Shown: one piece after another, positions 36,710 to 46,923 of the stretch
Layout: every line of letters starts with the position of its first letter
How positions within the stretch are numbered: position 1 is the stretch's first letter
DNA from: a virus
Reading direction: 5' to 3' (one strand)
Length of the DNA: 64,000 nucleotides
Virus record (IMG/VR): IMGVR_UViG_3300009703_002802
Position numbers and translations under genes: made by a program
Notes under the pieces: model-generated
Told to the model about the DNA's origin: nothing
Seen by the model: the letters and a program-made list of their open reading frames with translations, nothing else
The model's database searches: none

Positions 36710-37752
36710 AAGTTATGATTTCTAGTGACGGTCCTCATGCGCACTACTATATAAGAATGGGATGGGCTAAAGTTTTTCAAGCTATAGGTCACGAAGTAAT
36801 TTTATGGGACACAAATACAAAGTCTGCATATGACGCATTTGACGAGTTTAAACCCGACATATTTATGGGGCAAACTTACAACATGAATAGATCTCTCTTT
36901 AACTGCATAAAAGAGCGTCCAGAAATGAAGGTTGTAATGCGAGCTTCTGACTGGGGCGATATGCAAAAAGAGGTGGATAAAGAAAAATATCCTATCCTGA
37001 CGGCTACGAAAGATGAGTCTATATGGATAGAAAGACTTAAGAGAGAATGCGACAAGCCTGACTTCGTTCACAATCATTACCACGATAATTGGATGAAGGT
37101 CACACACAATAGGTGGGAGGTAATAGGTGTAAAAGTTGTCTCAATGATGCATGGCGCAGACGTGTTCGACTATGCAAACGCTGGTGAAGTGGATCTTCTA
37201 AAATCTGACATAGTGTTTGTAGGTGGCTATTGGCCTTACAAAGCAGAAAGATTAGATCCATATCTTCTTAGGCTATGCCATCCTGTCGGCAAGTTCAATA
37301 TAAAAATCTTTGGAGGATCTGACTGGCCTGTAGTTCAGTATGCTGGAAAAATTTCTAACGAAAATGTAAAACACGCTTTTAGATCTGCCATCGTCTGCCC
37401 AAATGTCAGCGAGCCTCATTCGCAAGACTTTGGATATGATATAATCGAGAGACCGTTCAAGGTATTGATGAGTGGCGGTTTTTGTATTTCAGACTACGTC
37501 GAATCAATGGCGAACGACGTATTTACAAACGACGAAGTTTTGTTTGCAAAAACGCCAGAAGAGTTTGAACAATTAATTCAATACTACGTCAATCATCCCA
37601 AAGAAGCAGCATTGTACGCAGAAAAAGGTTTTAATTGCGTTCTACAAAACCACACTTATTTTCACAGAATCGCTAGGCTGTTTACCGAACTAGACATGCC
37701 TAAAGAAGCGGAAAAATGTTTAATGTTCGTAGATAGCATGGTGGAAAAATGA
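36706..37752 (+). CDS. CgeB-like GT-B glycosyltransferase
   Basis: DIVFVGG, ERPFKVLMSGGFCISD, NHTYFHR. Confidence 0.75.
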   Translation: MKVMISSDGPHAHYYIRMGWAKVFQAIGHEVILWDTNTKSAYDAFDEFKPDIFMGQTYNMNRSLFNCIKERPEMKVVMRASDWGDMQKEVDKEKYPILTATKDESIWIERLKRECDKPDFVHNHYHDNWMKVTHNRWEVIGVKVVSMMHGADVFDYANAGEVDLLKSDIVFVGGYWPYKAERLDPYLLRLCHPVGKFNIKIFGGSDWPVVQYAGKISNENVKHAFRSAIVCPNVSEPHSQDFGYDIIERPFKVLMSGGFCISDYVESMANDVFTNDEVLFAKTPEEFEQLIQYYVNHPKEAALYAEKGFNCVLQNHTYFHRIARLFTELDMPKEAEKCLMFVDSMVEK

Positions 37753-38699
37753 AAATACTTGTAACTGGATCGACCGGATTTATAGGAAAGCATCTTTGTT
37801 TACAATTAAAACTTCTTGGACATAAACTGATTACAGTATCCCGCCGTCCAATAATGATAACCAACAGAGACGTTAAACTTAGCGATCACTATGCGTTAGA
37901 CCTTGGCGAAGTAGACAGGTCAAAAGACAGCTACTACATTTTTGAGAACATATGCAAACAGCACAAACCTGATTTAATATATCACTTAGCAAGCAATGCT
38001 GTAGTAAAACCAGACGACGAAAATCCTCACGGTATCATCTTAGATAATACTATAAGCACGCAGAAAGTAGCTCATTACGCACCTGAAGGATGTAGAGTTG
38101 TTTTAGCTTCTTCTGTTATAGTTTATGGTGATTGGATTTTTAATTCACCAAGCCCTGACAGAGAATACAAAGAATCCTCTACCTGCAAGCCAACTTCAAT
38201 TTATGGAATGACCAAAAGGGCTTCTGAGAGCATAATTGAGTCATATACATCTTCAGGCAAAATAGATGGGGTTTCTGCTAGATTATGCGCGACCGTAGGT
38301 TCCGGATTGACTCATGGAATCATAAAAGACTTTATAAGAAAAATAAAAAGCGACAACCCAAATCTAGAAGCTTTAGGTTCTTATCCCGGATCTACCAAAC
38401 CTTTCTGTCATATAGACGATGTGGTAGAAGCGCTGATACTTCTTGGTACACAAGATACAAAAGGCAAGGTATTTAACGTAGTTCCTGATGATTCAATTAC
38501 AGTTGAGGAAGTTGCGGAAGCAGCAATGTCCGCTCTAGAAATACAAAAGCCTATCAAGTGGCTTGGAGAAGAAGCAAACTGGAAAGGCGATAATAGAATT
38601 ATTAGAGCTAGTAACACATTGTTAAAATCTGCGGGTTGGAATCCTAAGTTTCCTAAATCAAAAGATGTCATCTTTGATGTAGTAAAGAGAAGCAAATGA
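37749..38699 (+). CDS. NAD-dependent epimerase/dehydratase (GalE-like)
   Basis: VTGSTGFIG, ASSVIVYG, YGMTK. Confidence 0.9.
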   Translation: MKILVTGSTGFIGKHLCLQLKLLGHKLITVSRRPIMITNRDVKLSDHYALDLGEVDRSKDSYYIFENICKQHKPDLIYHLASNAVVKPDDENPHGIILDNTISTQKVAHYAPEGCRVVLASSVIVYGDWIFNSPSPDREYKESSTCKPTSIYGMTKRASESIIESYTSSGKIDGVSARLCATVGSGLTHGIIKDFIRKIKSDNPNLEALGSYPGSTKPFCHIDDVVEALILLGTQDTKGKVFNVVPDDSITVEEVAEAAMSALEIQKPIKWLGEEANWKGDNRIIRASNTLLKSAGWNPKFPKSKDVIFDVVKRSK

Positions 38700-39751
38700 A
38701 AGTACTCTACTACCCACTAATACAACAGCAAGCCATTTCGTCAAGACAGGCTGGAGACTATCTGACAGACACTCTCTTTCATGGTCTCAGGTCTTTGTTA
38801 GGTGAAGATCTCATAGACGGCTACAGGATGTGGCATGTCTACAATGACGCTCATCCAGAATCTTTGTCTCACTTGTGGGGCAAAGGTTTTACTACTTATG
38901 GTTTATTGCCAAACATAAAGATTGACAGGGATGACATTGGCGGCAAGATACAAAGCAGATATTTCGACTATATCATCTGCCCTATGCACCACACTATGGT
39001 TCAAGACTGGAAGACGGCAAAGGATATTATAAAAAAGGTTCTTGAATTTTATCCGGCTAACAAAGTTTGCCTGATAGATGGATGGGACAGACCTTACACT
39101 GACACTTCTTTAATGTCTTTAGTTCCGTTCTTCAAAAGAGAGATAAACAAAGAAACAAGTCAAGCAAAGTCCATATCGTTTTCTATACCTAAAGAAAAAC
39201 TGCGACCTTTAGGCGGTAAGAGAAAAGAGATTGATTTTGCTTCGCTAGTTCCAGCGTATGGTCACTTTGACGATCCGCATATGAAGTCTTACATTTATGA
39301 TAATGAAAAAGACTACTATGATATGTACGAAGAAAGCTACTTTGCTTATACGTGCAAGAAAGGCAGGGAGCATGTTCTTGAGGAGTCTTGGGATTGTATG
39401 CGACATTATGAAATATTAGCAGCCGGTTCTGTTCCTTACTTTACAGACATAGAAAAATGCCCTCCAAAAAGCATGTTTAGATTTCCTAAAGACCTTTGCA
39501 TAAAAGCAAAAAAGATGTCTGGAGTCATGCCCGGAACAAAAAAACCTTTTGATCCAGAAGAAGACACGTTTATAGGAACATCTAAAGCTATACAAGATGG
39601 TTCAGCCAGAGGTTATATAGACTATGCAAATTTCAACAATATAGAATATGAAAATCTACTAAGAGAGTTTAGAGAGTATACAGAAAAATACTTAACTACA
39701 GAATCTATGGCAAAATATCTTTTAGAAGAAATGAAGAAATGCTCGGAATAG
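38696..39751 (+). CDS. Putative glycosyltransferase-like protein
   Basis: WDCMRHYEILAAGSVPYF motif typical of viral glycan clusters. Confidence 0.5.
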   Translation: MKVLYYPLIQQQAISSRQAGDYLTDTLFHGLRSLLGEDLIDGYRMWHVYNDAHPESLSHLWGKGFTTYGLLPNIKIDRDDIGGKIQSRYFDYIICPMHHTMVQDWKTAKDIIKKVLEFYPANKVCLIDGWDRPYTDTSLMSLVPFFKREINKETSQAKSISFSIPKEKLRPLGGKRKEIDFASLVPAYGHFDDPHMKSYIYDNEKDYYDMYEESYFAYTCKKGREHVLEESWDCMRHYEILAAGSVPYFTDIEKCPPKSMFRFPKDLCIKAKKMSGVMPGTKKPFDPEEDTFIGTSKAIQDGSARGYIDYANFNNIEYENLLREFREYTEKYLTTESMAKYLLEEMKKCSE

Positions 39752-40461
39752 AAAAAGCTATATGTCTATGTCTAGACAAACGAAAAGACGAATGGGAAGA
39801 CCTGCAAAGACAGTGCGAGTCAAAGGGTATTGAGTTTGAAAAATTCATTGTTGGTGATGGTAAAACACTAGACCCAGATATGTACGACAGAATAGACGTT
39901 GAAGACGCAGATCTTTCTGATTGGAGTTATGGAAATGACACCACTAAAATCAGACACTACAACGCTTTCATGTCACATATTGAAATATTCAAAAGAGCAA
40001 AAGAGCAGGGGCTAAATCGTTTTTTACTTCTTGAAGACGATGCTTATTTTACAGAAAGATTTGATGATGTAATGTCTAAGGTGGAACAAATAGCACATCA
40101 GTACGAAGAGAACAACAAAAGACCTTTTATTTTTGATATGTTTTTTCTTGGTTGGTGGATAGGAGAGGCTGACGATCCTTGGAATAAGACAGTTGAAAGA
40201 ATGTACAATGAGAATGGAGGGGTGGCATTGGGAACTGTGTCAGAAGCACACTTCACTTGCGGCGGAATGCACGGCGTTATTATTAATAAAACTATCTTAG
40301 ACAAACTCATAGAGCTTGACCCTGAAAATCCAATAGACTCACAACTAAACTCAGGGATACATCAAGAAATGAATACCTGCTATGTTATGCCCAAAATCAT
40401 ACACGATAAAGGTTTGTTCAGTAATTGTGAACAAAACAGGATTGAAAGAAATAAGTTATGA
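39739..40461 (+). CDS. GT25-like glycosyltransferase
   Basis: ICLCLDKRKDEW, SHIEIF, LLLEDDA. Confidence 0.75.
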   Translation: MLGIEKAICLCLDKRKDEWEDLQRQCESKGIEFEKFIVGDGKTLDPDMYDRIDVEDADLSDWSYGNDTTKIRHYNAFMSHIEIFKRAKEQGLNRFLLLEDDAYFTERFDDVMSKVEQIAHQYEENNKRPFIFDMFFLGWWIGEADDPWNKTVERMYNENGGVALGTVSEAHFTCGGMHGVIINKTILDKLIELDPENPIDSQLNSGIHQEMNTCYVMPKIIHDKGLFSNCEQNRIERNKL

Positions 40462-41123
40462 AAGTTGCGGTCTGTCTTTCTGGACAACTAAGAAGCTTTG
40501 TTAGAAGCCGAGACTCCCTTTTTAAAAACATAATAGACCCTACAAACGCAGATCTTTTTGTCTATGGTTGGGATTTTGAAAAGCGGAACGAAAATGATGT
40601 AACCAAGAGGTTCTCTGAGAACGGCACTGTAGAAGAATTCTTAGAATTGTACAGACCAAAGTCTTTCATCCTTGAAAGCTGTGATGAGTTTCTAAAAGAC
40701 AAAAACTTTTCCTTCCGTACAAAAGCTCCAGAGACCAGCGCCGAAAGAATGATGTGCATGTTTTATACAAATATGCAATGTTATCAGCAGATAAACAATG
40801 AAAACTATGATGTTGTGTTTAGATGTAGAACAGAAATAGAATACGAAAGACCAGTAACAAACGAAGAGCTAGAAATGTCATACACAAGTTTGGTTATTCC
40901 AAAGGGTCTTGATGGAAGGGATGGGTATCAAGACTCATTTGCGTTTGGTTCTGTAGAAGACATGAAAGTATACAACTCTGTATATAACAATATAGAACAT
41001 TACGCTAAAAACGGCATAATGATACATCCAGAATACATACTAAGATATCACTTAGATTGTAATAATGTGCCAGTTAATAGAATTGATTTTCCTATGCTTC
41101 TTAGGGGTAAGAAATACGGATGA
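40458..41123 (+). CDS. Putative GT-A-like protein
   Basis: KVAVCLSGQLRSF, YDVVFRCRTE, HPEYIL. Confidence 0.55.
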   Translation: MKVAVCLSGQLRSFVRSRDSLFKNIIDPTNADLFVYGWDFEKRNENDVTKRFSENGTVEEFLELYRPKSFILESCDEFLKDKNFSFRTKAPETSAERMMCMFYTNMQCYQQINNENYDVVFRCRTEIEYERPVTNEELEMSYTSLVIPKGLDGRDGYQDSFAFGSVEDMKVYNSVYNNIEHYAKNGIMIHPEYILRYHLDCNNVPVNRIDFPMLLRGKKYG

Positions 41124-42496
41124 TAAAACTTATAATATTTGATCTTGACGGTGTGTTAGTAGAAGCCAGAAATATACATTACGAAGCTTTAAACAGAGCC
41201 TTGGCTAAATTTGGAGAAAAGTATGTAATATCAATAGAAGAACATCTTTCTTCTTATGACGGACTTCCAACAAGCAAGAAGCTGGCCAAACTGTCTAAAG
41301 AAAAGGGGTTGCCAACTAATATACATGAAGAAGTTTGGCAAGAAAAACAAAAATGCACACAAAAAGTAATATCAGATGTAGTTAGCCCTTCTTCGCATTC
41401 TAGTATATGTATGGTTTTAAGAAGGCTTAGCAGTGAAGGGTACAAGATATACTGCGCTTCAAACTCAATAAGATCTAGCGTAAAGCTAATGCTTTTAAAA
41501 GCAGGCTATCTAGAACATATAGATGAATACTTTTCTAATGAAGATGTAAAAAACCCAAAACCACACTCCGAAATATATTTAAAATGCATGATACATGCTG
41601 GAGTTAACCCAGAAGAGTGCTTAATTGTAGAAGACTCTCACATAGGTAGAGAGGCGGCTGCAAAATCTGGAGGAAATGTTTTAGGCGTAAAAGGTCTAGA
41701 AGACGTAAGATTAGATAACATACATAAAGCTATAGAAAAAGCTGAGTGTAAGCATCAACCGATAAGACCTAAATGGCAAGGTGGAAACATGAAAGTTTTG
41801 ATACCGATGGCTGGAGCTGGTTCTCGTTTTGAAAAAGCGGGATATACCTTTCCTAAGCCACTTATTGAGGTAAACGGCAAACCTATGATACAGGTTGTCG
41901 TTGAAAATTTGAACATTGATGCCCAGCATGTATTTATAGTTCAAAAAAATCATTATGAAAAATACAATCTTCAGTACCTACTTAACTTGATAGCTCCTAA
42001 TTGTGAAATAGTTCAAGTTGACGGAGTAACTGAAGGCGCGGCTTGCACGACATTGTTGGCAAAAGAATTTATCGACAACGACGAGCCGCTTTTAACAGCA
42101 AATTCCGACCAGTTTATTGACTGGAATAGTAATGAATTCTTGTATTCAATGCAAGCTTCAGGAGTAGATGGTGGAATTTTAACTTTTGAATCTGTTCATC
42201 CAAAGTGGAGCTTTGCAAAGCTTGATGACGACGGTTTTGTTTCCGAGGTTGCTGAAAAGAAACCTATTAGCAACAAGGCAACGGTAGGTGTGTATTACTG
42301 GTCTAAAGGCAGTGACTATGTAAAATACGCCGAGCAAATGATTAAAAAAGACAAACGGGTAAACAATGAGTTTTATGTTTGTCCTGTATTTAACGAAGCT
42401 ATAGAAGATAAGAAAAAAATTAAGGTGTTCGACATCGACAAAATGTGGGGTCTTGGAACGCCAGAGGACTTAGAGGTATTCTTAAATGACACTTAA
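41120..42496 (+). CDS. HAD phosphatase fused to sugar nucleotidyltransferase
   Basis: FDLDGVL, KNPKP, VEDS; then IPMAGAGSRF, PKPLI, GLGTPEDL. Confidence 0.88.
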   Translation: MIKLIIFDLDGVLVEARNIHYEALNRALAKFGEKYVISIEEHLSSYDGLPTSKKLAKLSKEKGLPTNIHEEVWQEKQKCTQKVISDVVSPSSHSSICMVLRRLSSEGYKIYCASNSIRSSVKLMLLKAGYLEHIDEYFSNEDVKNPKPHSEIYLKCMIHAGVNPEECLIVEDSHIGREAAAKSGGNVLGVKGLEDVRLDNIHKAIEKAECKHQPIRPKWQGGNMKVLIPMAGAGSRFEKAGYTFPKPLIEVNGKPMIQVVVENLNIDAQHVFIVQKNHYEKYNLQYLLNLIAPNCEIVQVDGVTEGAACTTLLAKEFIDNDEPLLTANSDQFIDWNSNEFLYSMQASGVDGGILTFESVHPKWSFAKLDDDGFVSEVAEKKPISNKATVGVYYWSKGSDYVKYAEQMIKKDKRVNNEFYVCPVFNEAIEDKKKIKVFDIDKMWGLGTPEDLEVFLNDT

Positions 42497-43148
42497 AGTT
42501 TTTATCGGGTGGGATAGTAGAGAAACAGACGCTTACAACGTCTGTGTTAAATCCCTAAAAGAACACGCATCGCAAGAACTCGAAATCGTACCGATTGTCA
42601 GAGAAGCATTGATTGAAATTGGCGAGTATTACAGACCACAACCAGAAGCTGGTTCTGTAGAATTCACCTACACAAGATTTTTAACGCCATACCTAGCGGA
42701 TTACAACGGCTGGGCATTGTTTATAGACTGTGACTTTCTATTTACGAAAGATGTGGCTGAGTTGTTCGCTATGGCAGATGACGAATATGCACTAATGTGC
42801 GTCAAACATGATTATGTACCCAGAAACGCTGTAAAAATGGACGGACAAAAACAGGTTTCTTACCCAAGAAAAAACTGGTCTAGCTGTATTTTATGGAATT
42901 GCGGACACTCATCTAACAAAGCACTGACAAAAGATATAGTTAGCGAAGAGTCTGGCGCGTTCTTGCACAGATTTCAATTTCTCAAAGATGAAGAGATTGG
43001 AGAGCTTCCTCTTGAGTGGAATTGGTTAGAGGGTGAGTATGACAAACCGGAAACTCCGCCCGCAGTCATACACTTTACGAATGGTGGTCCGTGGTTTGAG
43101 AACTGGCAAGATGTAGACTATGCTGAACTTTGGAGGAGTTATCTCTAA
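42486..43148 (+). CDS. GT8-like glycosyltransferase
   Basis: FIGWDSRE, FTYTRF, FIDCD, YPRKNWSS, HFTNGGPW. Confidence 0.82.
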   Translation: MTLKVFIGWDSRETDAYNVCVKSLKEHASQELEIVPIVREALIEIGEYYRPQPEAGSVEFTYTRFLTPYLADYNGWALFIDCDFLFTKDVAELFAMADDEYALMCVKHDYVPRNAVKMDGQKQVSYPRKNWSSCILWNCGHSSNKALTKDIVSEESGAFLHRFQFLKDEEIGELPLEWNWLEGEYDKPETPPAVIHFTNGGPWFENWQDVDYAELWRSYL

Positions 43149-44128
43149 TGAAAGTAGCTATATGTTACACAAAGAGAAGAACAGATCAGATAATGGAATC
43201 TTTTACTCAAGGAGTTCTCGATTCTGGAGATCATGTTGAGGTAATAAAGTCAAAACGTGACTTGCATAAGCTTGAAAGATGCGACGTTTCTTTTCAAATA
43301 GCTGAAGTGACAAGATATGAGTCGTTATGCTTTCATTCAGATCCGAATGGAATGGCTGAAGAAGGCTATATGAGAGTTGCTATAAAAAATAAAATGATAG
43401 AACTTGGTCGTCAAAGAATGATGCTTGATTGCGGAATTCTAAGTGATGACAGAAATAGAAATGTGCATGAGAGATATTTTTCTATAGGTGTTGATGGAAT
43501 TAAAAGAGGTGCAAACTTCTACAATGAAAACAGCCCAAGAGATAGATACAAGAGAAGAAGATTAAGAATAAAAGAATGGAGACCGTCTGGAGATCATGTT
43601 CTGATCATTGGCCAGACACATTATGGTGCTGGTTTGGCGCATGTAGGGACTGAGAGTGACCCCATGTCGAACATGTGGATTGATCCAACAGATTATTATC
43701 ATAATTTAGTAAAAAGAGTAAGAGAATACACTGACAGACCAATCGTCTTTAGAACGCATCCAGTAGGTGATAAAGAAATAAGAAATAGAATTAGACCTCC
43801 AGAAGGGGTTCATGATATCACTCTTACTGATGCTAGAGAAATCCCTATCAAAAACGACTTAAGAAACGCTTGGTGTGCCATAACAAGAACATCTAACGGC
43901 GCTGTTGACGCGGTGTTCAATGGTATACCAGTAATAACAGAAGATCCAATTTGTTTAGCTTATGACGTTGCCGGACATACAATTAAAAAAATAGAAGACC
44001 CAGAAAAACCTAGCAGAACTCAGTGGCTTTATGACATGTCATACGCCGAATGGTCTTTGGAAGAAATGAGACAGGGACTGCCTTGGAAACACTTAAGGAG
44101 TAATTTAAAACATGCACAGGATAAATGA
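43148..44128 (+). CDS. KpsS/KpsC-like capsule-synthesis GT-B protein (paralog 1)
   Basis: RPIVFRTHP; TSNGAVDAVFNGIPV; start reassigned to ATG 43148. Confidence 0.55.
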   Translation: MKVAICYTKRRTDQIMESFTQGVLDSGDHVEVIKSKRDLHKLERCDVSFQIAEVTRYESLCFHSDPNGMAEEGYMRVAIKNKMIELGRQRMMLDCGILSDDRNRNVHERYFSIGVDGIKRGANFYNENSPRDRYKRRRLRIKEWRPSGDHVLIIGQTHYGAGLAHVGTESDPMSNMWIDPTDYYHNLVKRVREYTDRPIVFRTHPVGDKEIRNRIRPPEGVHDITLTDAREIPIKNDLRNAWCAITRTSNGAVDAVFNGIPVITEDPICLAYDVAGHTIKKIEDPEKPSRTQWLYDMSYAEWSLEEMRQGLPWKHLRSNLKHAQDK

Positions 44129-44792
44129 TGTATGGTGCGTTCCTGACGGGGACCAACTTATAACAAGAAAAATAAACGAAAGAAAGAAGAAAGACTCCGA
44201 CCCTACACATACGGATCTTTACTATGAAAGACGAGTTAGAAAAGCAGCCTTAGAGCATGTCACTAATTTTGGAACTTTTGTCGATGCTGGAGCTAATGTT
44301 GGTATATGGAGTAGACCAATGTCTGATCTATTTACAGCCGTAGAAGCTTTTGAACCAGCTGAAAAAAACAGAGAGTGCTTTACAGAAAACCTTAAGGAAG
44401 TAGATAATATCAATTTGTACAGTCATGGGTTAGGGGAAACACGAACTCATGGAAACTTGCTTTTAGGTGTTAAGAATTGTGGCGACTGCAAAATACTTTA
44501 CCAAGATGAGATCAAAGGTGTAAAGTTTAAGCCTGAAGATTCCGTTGAGGTAAGAACATTGGATTCTCACAACTTTCGTGAAGTTGGTTTAATCAAAATC
44601 GACACACAGGGTCACGAACTACGAATACTCAAAGGCGCTGTAGAAACCATGAAAAAGTGGAAGCCGGTTGTCGTTTTTGAGATAGACCAAGACAAAGACC
44701 GATGCTGCGACCTTCTAGAGTCCATTGGGGCAAGTAGAATACCAGTAGATAATAAATGCTTAATGATATACGGATTTAAACATAACAATTAA
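44112..44792 (+). CDS. FkbM-family methyltransferase
   Basis: VDAGANVG, AFEP, IKIDTQGHE. Confidence 0.88.
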   Translation: MHRINDVWCVPDGDQLITRKINERKKKDSDPTHTDLYYERRVRKAALEHVTNFGTFVDAGANVGIWSRPMSDLFTAVEAFEPAEKNRECFTENLKEVDNINLYSHGLGETRTHGNLLLGVKNCGDCKILYQDEIKGVKFKPEDSVEVRTLDSHNFREVGLIKIDTQGHELRILKGAVETMKKWKPVVVFEIDQDKDRCCDLLESIGASRIPVDNKCLMIYGFKHNN

Positions 44793-44817
44793 CCTCAGAA
44801 AACTTGCCGGATGTATT

Positions 44818-45594
44818 ATGAAAATCCTATACGTAACTACCTTTAACAACAAACTGTACAACGCAACCGGAAGAGACATGATTGAATCTTTCGTCAAGTA
44901 TAAGACGGAAGGCGATTTGCTTATTGCTCATGAAGACAGTCTGGATGAAGTCATACCACATCACAGAAAGTTTATCTTCCACGACTTAGAGGAAGATCCG
45001 TTTCTTCATTCGTGGTTAAGAGAGAATGAAGACATTATTCCGGTTGATCTTGGAGGCAAGTTTGATGGTGCTTACAAAGGAATGGCAAAGTTTAATCACA
45101 GAGCTTCTCAATGGTTTAGAAAAATAGTGGCTCTGAATAGGGCTATGGAAATAAAGAGTGATTACGAAGCCATAGTTTTTTTAGACAGCGACACGGTTGT
45201 CAATAAGCACCTGCCGTCATCTAAAGTAGATGAGATATTTGACGGACACTCCATGTTTTACCACTTGGGAGAACACAGAAAAAAGGTTGGTACTGGTATA
45301 GAATCTGGAATAATAGGATTCAATCTAAAAGAACAAGGCGCTTTACTGCTCAGTATTGTCATTAACAAGTTTAGAAGCGGTGAGTTTAGAGACTACTTTA
45401 GATGGGATGACGGATATGTGTTTAGAAAAGTCGTGGAGGAATATTGGGATATACCAACAAGAGATGTTGTGGACGTTAAAGAGAGTAACGTTGTAGAACA
45501 TGGACCTTTTGCTGAATATCTAGTACACAAAAAAGGAATACACTGGAAAGAACACGGTTTACCATCTATGAAAGGCTCTAAAGATCCACGATAG
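44818..45594 (+). CDS. Putative GT-A glycosyltransferase
   Basis: IVFLDSD, IESG, WDDGYVF. Confidence 0.6.
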   Translation: MKILYVTTFNNKLYNATGRDMIESFVKYKTEGDLLIAHEDSLDEVIPHHRKFIFHDLEEDPFLHSWLRENEDIIPVDLGGKFDGAYKGMAKFNHRASQWFRKIVALNRAMEIKSDYEAIVFLDSDTVVNKHLPSSKVDEIFDGHSMFYHLGEHRKKVGTGIESGIIGFNLKEQGALLLSIVINKFRSGEFRDYFRWDDGYVFRKVVEEYWDIPTRDVVDVKESNVVEHGPFAEYLVHKKGIHWKEHGLPSMKGSKDPR

Positions 45595-45595
45595 A

Positions 45596-46360
45596 ATGGC
45601 AGTATCTCCGCCAAAAACCATCTTGACAACACACGAAAGAAGCAAAGTTGTCGGCAGAGCGTTCGCTGAAGGCTGCGGTGGCGGAGTCATAAATATATTT
45701 AAGCTTCAAGAACTAGCAAAGAGGAAGATAATTGTTCCTCGCGTAGCCAGCTATGGCATACTTAGAGGGTGTGGAGAAGCAATAAAAGCCGCAAAGGATT
45801 ACTGGCATATTGATCACGGTTACTTTTTTAGATCAAGCACGCCAGAAGCGTATGACGGTTATTACAGGATCACTAAAAACAACTTCTGGCACGACGGGCT
45901 TAGTAAGTGTAATTCAGACAGGTTTGCTAGATTAAAAATGCAAGGCTTGCAACTGAAAGACTGGAGAAAGACTGGCAATCACATAATAGTAGTACCTCCA
46001 TCAAAATACATGGCAGATCATTGGGGTATGCATGACTGGCTAAGAGATACTGTCGCAGAAATTAAAAAATATACGGATAGAGAAATAGTCGTCTCTATCA
46101 AAAATGAGACACCACTAGAAAGAGTTTTGCCAAATGCATGGGCTTTGGTAACAGATCATTCGAATGCAGGGATAACAGCTTTACTAGAAGGCGTCCCTAC
46201 TATCTTCACTAACCCAGCAAGAAAGCTTGGGGAAATATCAGAGATAGAAAATCCACCTATGGATCGTGACTTTTTTTATGGGTTGGCTTACCAGCAATGG
46301 ACTTTAGAAGAAATAAGATCAGGTGAAGCATGGAATTACTTGGGCGATACAAAACATTAA
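45596..46360 (+). CDS. KpsS-like protein (paralog 2)
   Basis: IDHGYF, SNAGITALLEGVPT, YQQWTLEEI. Confidence 0.55.
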   Translation: MAVSPPKTILTTHERSKVVGRAFAEGCGGGVINIFKLQELAKRKIIVPRVASYGILRGCGEAIKAAKDYWHIDHGYFFRSSTPEAYDGYYRITKNNFWHDGLSKCNSDRFARLKMQGLQLKDWRKTGNHIIVVPPSKYMADHWGMHDWLRDTVAEIKKYTDREIVVSIKNETPLERVLPNAWALVTDHSNAGITALLEGVPTIFTNPARKLGEISEIENPPMDRDFFYGLAYQQWTLEEIRSGEAWNYLGDTKH

Positions 46361-46923
46361 TAGAAGAAGTAGAAAATAGGCAACCAAAAACGATACTAGA
46401 AGTTGGTACTCATCGTGGCAATAGCGCGATCACTATGGTAAATAAAGCCAAGCAGTACAACGACGATGTATTTTATTATGGATTTGATATATTTGATTGG
46501 GCTAACAGCAACTTTATGGCTAAGGAATTTAATGGTAAGGTTCCTCCAGTTTTAGCCCAAACCAGAAAACGTCTTAAAAGAGAAGGTATCCAGCACAAAC
46601 TGATGGTGGGAAATACCAACAGTACTCTTTCAAAATTTTCGCCAGATAGACAAATAGATTTTGTATTTATTGACGGTGGACATTCGGTCGAAACAATAGA
46701 AAGCGACTGGAACAACATAAAGAAGTTTATGGATGATGAAACTGTTGTGATATTTGATGATTACTATGAAAACAGAGACGATTTTGGATGCAAAAAATTA
46801 ATAGACGAATTACTACAAGACAAAGCATTTTCTGTTGAAAAACTAGAACCAATAGAGATAGTAGAAAAAAACGATATACATCTAAGATTAGCAAAGGTTA
46901 CAAAGAATGTCGGTACAAATTAA
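46330..46923 (+). CDS. Class I SAM methyltransferase (Methyltransf_24-like)
   Basis: LEVGTHRG, FIDGGH, FDDY. Confidence 0.88.
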   Translation: MELLGRYKTLIEEVENRQPKTILEVGTHRGNSAITMVNKAKQYNDDVFYYGFDIFDWANSNFMAKEFNGKVPPVLAQTRKRLKREGIQHKLMVGNTNSTLSKFSPDRQIDFVFIDGGHSVETIESDWNNIKKFMDDETVVIFDDYYENRDDFGCKKLIDELLQDKAFSVEKLEPIEIVEKNDIHLRLAKVTKNVGTN